A DNA stretch of 64,000 nucleotides from Octopus vulgaris (GCA_951406725.2 OX597817.1:80228001-80292000), one strand, 5' to 3'; positions 1-11,319 are shown, numbered from the stretch's first letter. Made by a program: numbers and translations. Notes: a model not told the origin generated them from the sequence alone.

Positions 1-200
1 ACTAATTAAAACATTCTGATGTTTGCTGCACACATCATCAAACATTAAACGATGTCTATTGGTATTTTGAGAAGTAGCAGAATTTAAAAACACTTGTGGT
101 TAGAGGTCCAACATTTTACCTTTACAGCTAAATCCTCATAAGTATCTAATCATGAAATACTATTGACAAAAGGCTAAAAACACACAAACACACATATAAC

Positions 201-472
201 TTTTATGCTTCAGTCATTAGACTGCGGCAATGCTGGGGCACTACCTTGAAGTACATTTAGCAGAATGAATTGACCCCCGGTACATTTTTAAGTCTGGTTC
301 TTATTCCCTCGGTTTCTTTTTGCCGAACAACTAGGTAACGGGGACCTAAACAAACCGACACCGGTTGTCAAGCTGTAGTGGGGAACAAAAACAGACAAAG
401 ACACACACACACACACACGCACACACACACACACACGCACACACACACATACACACACACACATATATATAT
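201..472 (-). mobile_element. SINE family A, 3' half (5' half probably at 1652-1799)
   Basis: Reverse complement of the A tail (..gacaaccg..ccccgt..gttcggcaaaa..gcggtgctccagcatggccgcagtc..tgactgaa) seen intact at 11600-12015; runs into a (CA)n/(TA)n tract. Confidence 0.85.
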
Positions 473-592
473 ATCACGTGATTACGTGACCGACCAGACC
501 ATCAGATGTTGTTACACATCGCTGGTCACAATGCGTTCGCATTGTTTTAGCCTTCGAATGACGCCATCTCGCTGGCTAAGCGAGCAGGCCAA
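473..592 (-). mobile_element. Isolated 3' tail of SINE C' (or of its partner LINE), in (TA)n
   Basis: Near-identical to 61670-61790 and to the reverse complement of 56900-56980 (ggcctgctcgcttagccagcg..gaaggctaaaacaatgcgaacgcattgtgaccagcgatgtgt). Confidence 0.8.
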
Positions 593-830
593 TATATAGA
601 TATATATGCATATATATATAAATACACACACACATACGTCCGTACCCATATACATATCTATACGTCCATAAGCACACATGCACAAACTCACACACACTCG
701 CTCCCATTCACATGCACACCTTCATACACCGTTTTCACATACACACACGCACCTGTCCACCTTAGTTCTTTGGGGTCATCGTTACCGTTATTATTATTAT
801 TCTTATCATCATTATTGTTATTATTATTAT

Positions 831-1387
831 TGAGTGAGAGAGCAGTTCATGCCATCAAAGTGACACTGGGGTAAAATATACGAAGCCCAATATACCCATC
901 ATGACTACCCGTCTGATAACGGTACACCAGGCACATGTATCACAACTATATGTGCGCGACATGGTGATCTCATATCAAGATAAACAGCACATGACCTTGC
1001 AGGTGGGGGGCCCAGTTAGAATTTTCTTCAGGTTGAGTAGCCCATCCAACTCAAAAGGTCCCTGAATTAGGGTTGTTTAAGGATATTGAAAGAACCACCC
1101 ATGTTTCCAGAGGTGAATTATTCAAACCCCAAAGAATCCCTCTCAACACATGGCTATGATGCTCCACCACTACTTCTGCTCGTGATCAGAGATGCACATA
1201 TCGTCAGCCACTAAGGGACATGCTCAACTGGTTAAGGTCAAACAAGTGACTAGCAAATCTGTAGTATTGAGCAGAATATTTGCTGAAGCCCATCTTTTAT
1301 ACCAAGACAAAACAATGTACATGATAACACTTCCAATCAGTTAAGATCAGAAGCCATGAGAGCCACTGCCCGGTACTGCATCAGGGC

Positions 1388-1391
<4 letters not shown>
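831..1391 (-). mobile_element. Element D, ~560-bp non-coding repeat flanked by (ATT)n on both sides
   Basis: Near-identical reverse complement of 63147-63705 and 62508-62989; same termini (aaatgccctgatgcag...ctctctcactca). Confidence 0.9.
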
Positions 1392-1451
<60 letters not shown>

Positions 1452-1454
<3 letters not shown>

Positions 1455-1642
1455 CTTTCATTCAGCCTCTTTTTTCCAGTCACCGTTGGACCGTTGAACT
1501 CTGTACACTTTTCTCTCTCCGTGTCTTGCATTATTCTATTCTCTCTCCACTTTTTTCCTCTTACTCTCTTCTGTCGAAGCGCGTAGGCTCGAAACGTAAT
1601 AGACTTTTCCATTCTTTCTGAGCGTTAAACTAATACACCTGA
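1452..1642 (+). mobile_element. Penelope-like pLTR fragment (family E) with hammerhead-like motif at 1571-1598
   Basis: ctgtcgaagcgcgtaggctcgaaacgta; homologous to 47641-47825 and 61471-61658; ends at (TA)n. Confidence 0.65.
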
Positions 1643-1651
1643 TATATATAT

Positions 1652-1799
1652 GCGACGGACTTCTTTCAGTTTCCATCTATCAAATCCATTTACAAGTCTT
1701 TGGTCGGCCCGAGCTACAATGGAAGACACTTGCCACGTAGTAGGACTGAATACTGAACCAAATGGTTAGGAAGCGAGCTTCTTGCCACATAGGCACGCC
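1652..1799 (-). mobile_element. SINE family A, 5' half (tRNA-like head plus CORE-like segment)
   Basis: Reverse complement of ggcgtggctgtgtgg..aaccacatggttc..agtccc..gcaagtgtctt..gaaactgaaagaagcccgtcg. Confidence 0.8.
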
Positions 1800-1920
1800 A
1801 ACAATGTGCGCGCGCGTGTGTGTGTGTGTGTAGTCGATAAAATATATATCAGAAACGGATCACACTCTTAAGAATAGAGAAGTAATTATTACAGCAAAAA
1901 TTTAAATTTGGACATAAAGT

Positions 1921-1980
1921 AATAAAAGGTTTCGTAACCACAAAGCTTGAACTTTGTGGACAACTCGTCAGACTCGATAC
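1921..1980 (-). ncRNA. Degenerate hammerhead ribozyme candidate
   Basis: Minus strand CTGACGA-G..ccacaaag-ttcaag-ctttgtgg..C-GAAAC; core and stem II intact, stems I and III poor. Confidence 0.45.
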
Positions 1981-2319
1981 AAAGACAAAAAATTTAAGCT
2001 TTCTCTATCGCAGATGTGAGTAAAAGCTCAGAAATCGAGGTTTAAGCTTTGATATATAGAAATGTTAATGAGGACGGGTTGTCCCTCTTGAAGCAGAGAA
2101 TAAATCAGCCCTTATACACACGACAAAGCTTAACCAGTAAACAAGGATATGAAACTTTCAAGTAGGCAGCTCTTGGAGTGGACATATTTAGAAAAAACTT
2201 CTTTGCGACTATTTAACGTGCCAGGTTTAGTATAAACTCATGTGCATACATACCTATATACACACATGCATTCGTGCGTGCGTGCGTGCATGCATGCATA
2301 CATATGTGTATATACATGT

Positions 2320-2725
2320 CACTGAACTGCAAAGATAATGGGACACCGCCGTGAAGGGATTTAGTCGTACAAATCGATCCCTGTGCTCCATTTGACGTCT
2401 AGTTCTTATTCGATCGATATCTTTAGCCGAACCGCTAAGTAATGGGGATGTAAAGAAATCAAAAATGGTTGTCAAGAGGTGGGAGAACAAATACAGTCAG
2501 AAAAACTGCGACACACATATATATGTGTGAGCGTGTGTGTGTGTGCAAATATAAATATACACAGGGCAGGCTTCCACACATTTTCCGTCAACCAAATTTA
2601 CTAAGAACGCATTGTTTGACCCAGGGCTGTAATAAACGTCACTCAATTATCACGCGGTAGCAGGATTAAGCCCGACGCCGCGTGATTGCAAAGCAAACCA
2701 TTTAAACATAAAACTCTAGCTGCGT
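2320..2725 (-). mobile_element. SINE family A, diverged
   Basis: gccgaaccgctaagt..ggttgtcaag..cttccacac..ttccgtc..ccaaatt motifs with internal microsatellite. Confidence 0.7.
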
Positions 2726-2879
2726 CTATGAATATATAAAGATTTATCGTTGTGTAAAATGCATTAAGAATAAGGAAATAATGGACATTTATTTCTTTTT
2801 CATTTCAATAAAGCATAACAAAAAAAAACAATAATTTTATAGTTGTTACTTTGAAGAAAATTAAAATATATACGCACTC

Positions 2880-3096
2880 ATGGCTGGATGTTTAAGAAGT
2901 TAGCTTCACAACCATATCATTTCAGGTTCAGTCTCACTGCGTTGCAATAGAGACGAGTATCTTCTGTCATAGCTTCAAGTCAATCAAAGCTCCATGGGTA
3001 GATTCGGTTAATGGAAACAGAAAGAAGCCTGTATATATATGAGATTGCGTGTGTGTGTATAAGTACACACATATACATACACACACACACACACAT

Positions 3097-3127
<31 letters not shown>

Positions 3128-3483
3128 CATATACGTATATATATATATATATATACATACGTGTGTATATATATGTGTTTGTGTGTGTGTGTATGTATGT
3201 ATGAGAGGGAGAGAGTCTGTGATAGTATATGTCTCCTTGTCTTGACAACACATGATTATTGTATATGAGTGCCACTATCATTCAAACAGTATCATTCATT
3301 TCCAATATTCTGTGAAGACCTTGCATGACCACGGGAAAATATTACCGCGCTGCGAAACGGGCGACGGTTGGTGACAGGAAAAGTGTCCGGCCGTATAATC
3401 GCTGCCTCAATAAATATCTTTCGAACCATGCAAACACAGAAGAGTAGACGTTAAAACGAGAATGATGATGATGATGATGATGA
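2880..3483 (+). mobile_element. SINE with family A head and alternative 3' tail ending ..gacgttaaaacg(atg)n
   Basis: A-type head up to gaaagaagcctg, then internal (TA/TG)n, then a different tail ending in (GAT)n. Confidence 0.7.
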
Positions 3484-3524
3484 TTGACAACTATTCCTTC
3501 GTCATGACTTTCTTCTCTTCCCCT

Positions 3525-3765
3525 TTCTTTTCACTTGTTTCAGTCATTTGACTGCAGCCATACTGGGGCACCGCCTTGAAGGGTTTTTGGTCGAACAAAT
3601 TGACCCCCAATACTTTTTTTGTTTTAAAGCCTACAACTTATTTTATCAGCTCTTTTGCCGTTCCGCTAAGTTACGGGGAAGTAAACATACCAACACAGAC
3701 CCTCAAGTGGAACCATGAGGTTGGAACTCAAAGATTCTTAGTACACAGCCACGACTGTGCCTGCG
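3525..3765 (-). mobile_element. SINE family A, internally deleted
   Basis: cttgtttcagtcatttgactgcagcc..gggcaccgcc..ccgctaagttacgggg. Confidence 0.75.
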
Positions 3766-4155
3766 CGTATTTGGCATATTATGACATATTAAACAAAGAA
3801 ACGTTACTTCCTTTTAACCGATAAATAGAAAGGGCTAGATATTGTTTTACCTGGGTGCGCTTCCTTCTCCACTTGTTCTACACCAAAACTTTGCACACTT
3901 TCTATAAATAATAAGGAATTAATGAAAATCTTTTGTTAATTATAATGAATGCAAATACGTAATTAAATAGCTGGTATTTTACTTAATACATACATAATGC
4001 ACCAAATTTGTTTATTTTCCCTTTTACTTTTTTACTTCACAAAGTGTACGACAATAATTAGTTTTAACGGCAGGATTATCACGATCATTATGGATTTCAT
4101 GAACGTATGCATTGACTCAGGTAAACAAATACACATACACACAGTGTATTTACGT

Positions 4156-4450
<295 letters not shown>

Positions 4451-5098
4451 ATACTTCTAAAAAATATTGTTTGTATTTAATTAATTAATTATATACCTTC
4501 CCTACCTACACACTGCAAAATAACAAAGAGGGCCAAATTACAAGCAGATACTGATTGTAACTCACACGAATTGATTAATAATTTTCACTCATGCACAAAA
4601 CCTCCTGCATGCACATTTACGTACAAGTAAACATACACACAAACATACGTACAGACACCACAGACACATACACACATACGCAAATGCATAGACACACGTC
4701 TACATCCATACATATACACATACATACATATATATTTACATACATAATATATACATACGTACACACATACGCACATACATATATGTGAAAAGTAATGATC
4801 ATCACTTACCTTGCTCTACTCGTGTTTATTATAAATCTTGTGAACGTGGTTTGCAAAATTAAGGAATAAAAATTATCAAAGAATATATTTTTTCCCATCT
4901 TAATTTCCTTTGGTATTCATATTTTTTGGAATCGTAGTAGTATGGTTATAGCAGTTCGTTTCCCAATCGCGTTGCTTTTCTGTACGTTACACCTTTCATA
5001 AGCTGTCTTTTTACTATAGTCCGGATATATCAATGCTTTGTGAGGATTTGGTAGAGGAAACTATGCGGGCGTCTGTTATGCATATGTATGAATATGTG

Positions 5099-5146
<48 letters not shown>

Positions 5147-5224
5147 TGTGCGCGTGTGCGTGCGAATATATGTATGTGTATGTAATATTTTGAAAGTACA
5201 GTAAAATTTAAGAGTACTCTTGTT

Positions 5225-6030
5225 CACGAAATCAATGTTAGAATATGAAAGGCTACAAATGCTTTGGAAAGCTTTCCCGTCGTTCGTGGGATAAACATGG
5301 CGTCAGTCTCAAAACTAAAATAAGTACATGCCAATCTTGTATTTTGAGCACATCTTTCTATGGGGTAAAAGCATGGACTCCTTACTAGAGACATGTAAAG
5401 AAAAATGAAACTTTTCACTTGTGCTCTCTGTGCAATATCTGCAACAAAACGACAAGATAAAATATCAAATGTAAAAACCTTAGAAAAATAGGATATCTCC
5501 AGTATCAATCGCATGCTGCTGAGAATTCAATGCAGATAGATAGAACATTGTTCGAAAGAAAGATGACCGCTTTACGGAAATTCCTTTGTATAGCCAACAA
5601 ATAGAGGGACACCGCGTTAAGGGAAGATTTGTCCTGAGAAACAAGGACAATTTGAAGCAATCATTGAAGTCTCTGCAACTTAATTTGACATCTTGGGAAA
5701 GTCATTGCCTAAATCGATCTGCATGCGTAAAATGTCATGGTACATCCAAACAATCTGAGTTGAAGAAACAGAATAATAAAAGAACGATATCCTGGAATCA
5801 ACATACACATTTAACCAATCCCAGGCAAAATCAGAATCATCAGTATCCTCACTGTGACTTCATAGCAAAATCCATTCATAGACTCAAATTTCATTCACAC
5901 ATCTATCGCAAATATATGCAGCTTCTTTTATTCCTTTTATTTTCAAAGCTGATTTTGCTTCGTTTCACCTTTTTTTTTTAAATCCTCTCATTCAAACACT
6001 CATACGTTGAAATCGACAGGAGTTACCATC
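5225..6030 (+). mobile_element. Decayed RTE-clade LINE 3' end (RT thumb/C-terminus and terminal Zn-finger-like motif)
   Basis: Translates, with stops and frameshifts, to FGKLSRR.WDKHGVSLKTKI..YG.KAWT.Y.RH..TFH..; ILYSQ..G.R..G....NKDNLKQSLK....WE; YPHCDFIAKS..LKFH. Confidence 0.8.
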
Positions 6031-6046
6031 ATGTACGTATAAATAT

Positions 6047-6288
6047 ATGCGCATGTATGTATACATGTATGTATACATGTATGTATGTATGTATGTATGT
6101 ATGTATGTATGTATGTATGTATGTATGTATGTATGTATGTATTATGTATGTATGTACGTATGCATGCATGTATGCATGTACGTATGTATGTTATTATTCA
6201 GTTTTATACCAAGTTTTCTTTCTAATAGAGAAAAGCCGGTTTCTAACCCAGATCCAAAGCTCCTTCATTGGATTTTCAACACCAACAT

Positions 6289-6320
<32 letters not shown>

Positions 6321-6645
6321 TGTATGTATGTATGTATGTATGTGAGTATGTATTTATGTATGCATGTGTGTATACCTGCAGATTTAGGTCTTTTGTTTTA
6401 TGTGTCTTCTCGTAGATGTTCATATATATTTAAATGATAAACTTCTGGAGAGTTTTACAGATTTTTACAGTTCCAGTGAAGGAATTGGATCTGTAATCTT
6501 CGAATCAGCTTTCTCTTTTCTGGTTTTGAGAATCCTAATTTCTCAAGATTGGTATTTAGGCTATGTGCTGCATATTCCAGCGCCCCAATAAAAGACATGT
6601 AAATACTGATTTTTATGTATGTATGCATGTATGCATGTATGTATG

Positions 6646-6679
<34 letters not shown>

Positions 6680-6775
6680 TGTATGTATGTATGTACGTAC
6701 GTACGTACGTACGTATGTATGTATGTATGTATGTATGTATGTATGTATGTATGTATGTATGTATGTATGTATGTA
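6047..6775. repeat. (ATGT)n microsatellite region, interrupted by an RLE element
   Basis: Directly visible (6047-6190, 6290-6370, 6615-6775). Confidence 0.95.
6190..6612 (-). mobile_element. 3' end of an RLE non-LTR retrotransposon, embedded in (CATA)n
   Basis: Minus strand IGALEYAAHSLNTNLEKLGFSKPEKRKLIRRLQIQ/(fs)SFTGTVKICKTLQKFII*, like the RLE C-terminal 'IGALG...LQ...GT..I' motif; followed by a 3' UTR and (CATA)n. Confidence 0.7.
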
Positions 6776-6983
6776 CAGTAATCTCTCGCCATATTGCGGT
6801 TCACCTACCGCGCACTCAGTACATTGCGGATTTTTCTGGCTAATATATGTAAATTTATATCTCGAACATCTCAGTATATCTGGGTTTCTGCGGCCGATAG
6901 GTATTTATATTTTTTTAAGATTTTAATTAAACCTCTGTGTGAGATTTTGGAACGTATCAACCACGATAGTCGAGGGATTACTG
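6776..6983. mobile_element. Tigger/pogo-like MITE
   Basis: TIRs cagtaatctctcg / cgagggattactg, TA on both sides; relative at 17421-17642. Confidence 0.85.
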
Positions 6984-7767
6984 TATGTACGTGTGTATGA
7001 TTTTTCTTTGTGCTTAATTAAGTTATTGAAACAGTTCAAGCCGGTCGCTAACAAAGCGACAATATATTTTTAGTGAGGAGAATTCCCTGTGTTTGTAAAT
7101 ATGTGACTGAGCTGCTGTGCTGGTCGAGCTGGCGACGTGTGTGTCTGCATCTATTCACATAAGAATCTCAAATGGAGAATTTGGGGAATGTCATACACAT
7201 CTCTGTTCCACTAATATATTGTATTTGGAGGGTCCGCGATGGTTTTTCTTGCACTTTGTCCGAGAACAGAATGTATGTATTCATGTATGTATGTATGCAT
7301 GTATGTATGTATGCATGAATGTATGTATGTATATTGCGTGTATATGTTTATACACGTCTTTGTATCATCCACTCAACACGGTTTAACAAAATGTGGACGG
7401 TGGAACAGAGAACAAGCTTTAAAACTAAAGAACTGGAATACATTGAATCTTCTAAATTCAACAAGACAGTGCTACAACATGGATGCAGTAAAATTATTGA
7501 AAGCATAAAGAATAATCATATATACAGGTATAAATATATATCGTCCTTACTGTATAACTCGAAGTAGATAAATCTGTGAATAAAAGGCGAATTCTGGGTA
7601 GAAATATTCGAAGACGTCCCGAGAGACATTTTAAAATCAAAAGGCGTTTGTACCCGAATATCTACATGCTATGTTATGGCATTAATTACTTTGAGTTCTA
7701 CAGTTAGAATGAATTATCTCACGCTCTTTCGAAGTTTCTATAGTCTTATAACTTAAATGAATATTTG

Positions 7768-7821
<54 letters not shown>

Positions 7822-7885
7822 GAACATTGATACACATGAGGTATATTAATGTTAGTGGCCGCAAACTAAAACCATATTGGCAAAA

Positions 7886-7944
<59 letters not shown>

Positions 7945-7985
7945 CAATAATAAATCTCTAAACGAGATATAAACAGTAACTGCTC

Positions 7986-8149
7986 TATAACATAAGGGGC
8001 ATCAGCCATCTGAATGTGGCTAGGGACAGGGCAGGGCGGTGGGGGTGTTACTGATGCATTTGATGATCGCCTGGGGCTAAATGCATCAGTAACACCCCCA
8101 CCGCCCTGCCCTGTCCCTAGCCACATTCAGATGACTGATGCCCGTTATG

Positions 8150-8154
<5 letters not shown>
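7986..8154. repeat. Near-perfect GC-rich inverted repeat (76-bp arms, 17-bp spacer) between two (TA)n tracts
   Basis: 7986-8061 versus the reverse complement of 8079-8154: 2 mismatches by eye. Confidence 0.95.
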
Positions 8155-8197
<43 letters not shown>

Positions 8198-8869
8198 ATT
8201 ATATATAAGATGGGCGCTTTTTTACGCAGCAGCTTTGCTAAAGAAAGGAGACAAAATCACAAAAGTTACCATTATATTATCACAGGCATAGTTGGAAAAA
8301 ATATTAAGTGAAATAAAGACTGCGTCTTACCTCTGCAAAATAGCAAGAAGGGACGTCAGCTAACTTGATATCGTGATTTCGAATTTAGCACCAAAAACAC
8401 GCTTGATTCTCATCAGTCAAGTCTACTAGTAACAAACTCTTATATATCACTTCAACCAATGCCTATGTTCGTTTCAGCGCCCAATCCGCACTGAGGAAAA
8501 TGAGTTAAGTGAATACAAGTTTTTTTTAAGTGAATACAAGTTTTTTATAACAATAGATAAAGATCATTAATACTCATAATATATATCAAAGTTAACGAAT
8601 TAAGCGTGATTTTGGCGCTGAATTCGAAATCGTAATATCAATTTAACTGATATTCCTTCTTGCACTAACCACTGAGCCATTGCGCCTTCAAGTATACATA
8701 TATATATATACATATATACATGCATACATATATACACCCATGCACACATACACACACACATACATAGGTGCAGGTGTGGCTGTGTGGTAACAAACTTGGT
8801 TCCAAAACACATGGTCGTAAGTTCAGTCCCACTGTGTGGTAACTTAGCATGTGACTTATATATATATAC

Positions 8870-9060
8870 ATATTAGTGAATTCAATAAAACGCCCAAAAA
8901 ACAAAAAAAAAAAAAACGTACGTGAGGATGTCCAGAAGAAACGTATTAACATGACGTTCGGTAAAAGACAGAGTTTGGAGTTTCGAGCATAGCTCTTCTT
9001 CGGAAAGGAGAAAGGGAAAAGTCCAAAAGTGGAACAGTAATTGCTAACGTGTAGTTACAT
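8870..9060 (-). mobile_element. Penelope-like pLTR fragment (related to E) with a CCGAAGA hammerhead variant
   Basis: Minus strand cttt-CCGAAGA-A-GAGC-TAT-GCTC-GAAAC (~8979-9007); downstream layout resembles family E; ends at (TA)n. Confidence 0.5.
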
Positions 9061-9282
9061 TACTGAAGAAGCTGAAGAGTCGGTGCTGTGATGAATGGCG
9101 TACGTTTTAACTTCTTAAATGCTAATATGCCATCGGTTGCAGGTTTGCTCGCTCAGTGTTGATTGATATGTGCTGAATAACGAAATAATGGGCATGAAGT
9201 CTTGTAAGTTTTTAATAGCGTACGCCTTATATATCTTGAGCTTCTCCACAACTATCAAGCATTAATGATAAATAAAACAAAG

Positions 9283-9335
9283 TAATAATGATAATAATGA
9301 TAATAATAATGATGATAATGATGATGATGATAGTA

Positions 9336-9392
<57 letters not shown>

Positions 9393-9435
9393 GTAATAGT
9401 AATAATAAGCAAAAGTCAAGCATAAAATAATAATC

Positions 9436-9476
<41 letters not shown>

Positions 9477-9492
9477 TATAATAATAATAATA

Positions 9493-9539
<47 letters not shown>

Positions 9540-9556
9540 TAATAATAATAATAATG

Positions 9557-9652
<96 letters not shown>
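9283..9652. repeat. (AAT)n microsatellite, ~370 bp
   Basis: Directly visible. Confidence 0.97.
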
Positions 9653-9839
9653 GTGAACGATTTAAAAGAAAAATTTATTTTAAATCATGCAAAAAAATAA
9701 ATGCAAATTGTAACGCGGGTATTAAAACAGAAAAAAAAAATCGAAAAATATATACAAATGCTAAAAAATAAATAAGAGTTCAGTTGTTATTCTACTCAAT
9801 AATGTTAATGTGTGGTGATTAATTGAAATGTCAACAAGT

Positions 9840-9843
9840 AAAC

Positions 9844-9907
<64 letters not shown>

Positions 9908-10220
9908 GTAATGATGATAATAATAATAATGATGAGAAGGAGGAGGAGGAGGCTGATTATGATGATGACAATGATGGGGAGGAGGAGGATTCTGATGATG
10001 ATAATGATGACGATGACGATGATGATGTTGATGAGGAGGATGATGATGATGATGATGATGATGATATCGAAAATGGTAGTAGTCATGATGCTCTTGAAGA
10101 TGATGAGAATGGTGATGATAATGATATTGATAATGGTAACCGTGGCAGTGGTGGTGGTGGTAGTAGTCGTCGTCGTCGTCGTCGTCGTGGCGATCCTCCT
10201 GCTGCGGATGATGAAGCTGG

Positions 10221-10269
<49 letters not shown>

Positions 10270-10525
10270 AATGATGCTAGTAGTGGTGGTGTTGATCGTG
10301 CTTGTGGTGGTGGTGGTGGTGGTAGTGGTCATGCCACTATAGCTGATCATGATGATAATGATGATTTTCCTGTTGATTTGCAACAAGGGCTTCTGCTGAA
10401 AGGAGATTAATGATGATGATGATAATGAAAACAAGGATAACACAACCACCACCACCAACAACAACAACAACAGCAACAACAACAACAATAACATCAACAA
10501 CAAAAACAACAGCAACAGCAACTTC
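9840..10525. repeat. Compound trinucleotide low-complexity tract (AAT/GAT/GAG/GGT/CGT/AAC)
   Basis: Directly visible; open in several frames on both strands only because of triplet repeats. Confidence 0.9.
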
Positions 10526-10836
10526 TCTATTGTCAACAATAATCAGTCGAAGAAGAAGTAATGAAAAGTGAAGGGGAGGGGTGTGAGGAGGGTTGTTTAC
10601 TGGTGCGCAAGAAAGGAAAACATTACTGCAAAAAGGGGGAAAAAAAAGAAAATCAAGCTTAAAAGCAGAACAAGTATATAAACAAATTTAAATTTGTCAA
10701 ATTCTCTCCCTTTCACACGCAGACACACGCACACGCGCTCACGTATAGGGTCACGCAGACAAACACAACACGCATTTTCACATACTCATACATACAAATA
10801 AACACTCAACTCACAAACACACACACATGCGCGCGC

Positions 10837-10880
<44 letters not shown>

Positions 10881-10897
10881 GTATATATATATGTATG

Positions 10898-10950
<53 letters not shown>

Positions 10951-11319
10951 TCATATATATACATACATGTGTGTATGTATGTATGTATGTATGTATATAT
11001 GCTTGTATGTTTGACAAAGAAAATGTGCGCAAAATTAATTGCGATTCGAACTGACCCACTAAGCAATTAGTAATTTTTTCCACTGACAAGTCTGAAGACT
11101 AACAAACAAAGTTAAACACAAACATATATACACGCATGTACGCACTCACATACACACACACACATACACACACAAAGATAGTCGCACATATTCATTCAGA
11201 CATACACAAGCACAAAACCTAAGGCTGAAGAGAAGCGCAAAAATAAAATCACCAAAAAAACAAAACAAAAAAAACATTTTATTATTTTTTTAAAAATCAG
11301 ATTCAGAGTAATAGTAATA

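Noticed and set aside
1330-1391. U2 snRNA-like words (atcagttaagatc, ggtactgca) or a ribozyme at the end of element D
   Set aside because: Only short scattered matches; CTGATGC lacks the hammerhead GA/GAAA, and no HDV P1-P3 pairing was found.
201-1800. Same set of families (A, C' tail, E, D) at both window ends, suggesting a large duplication with 60950-63705
   Set aside because: Order, orientation and intervening sequence are not collinear; independent insertions explain it.
9805-10539. Long ORFs (195-244 aa) rich in N/D/G or I/L/T
   Set aside because: Compound triplet microsatellite that is open in several frames on both strands; no domain or splice context.
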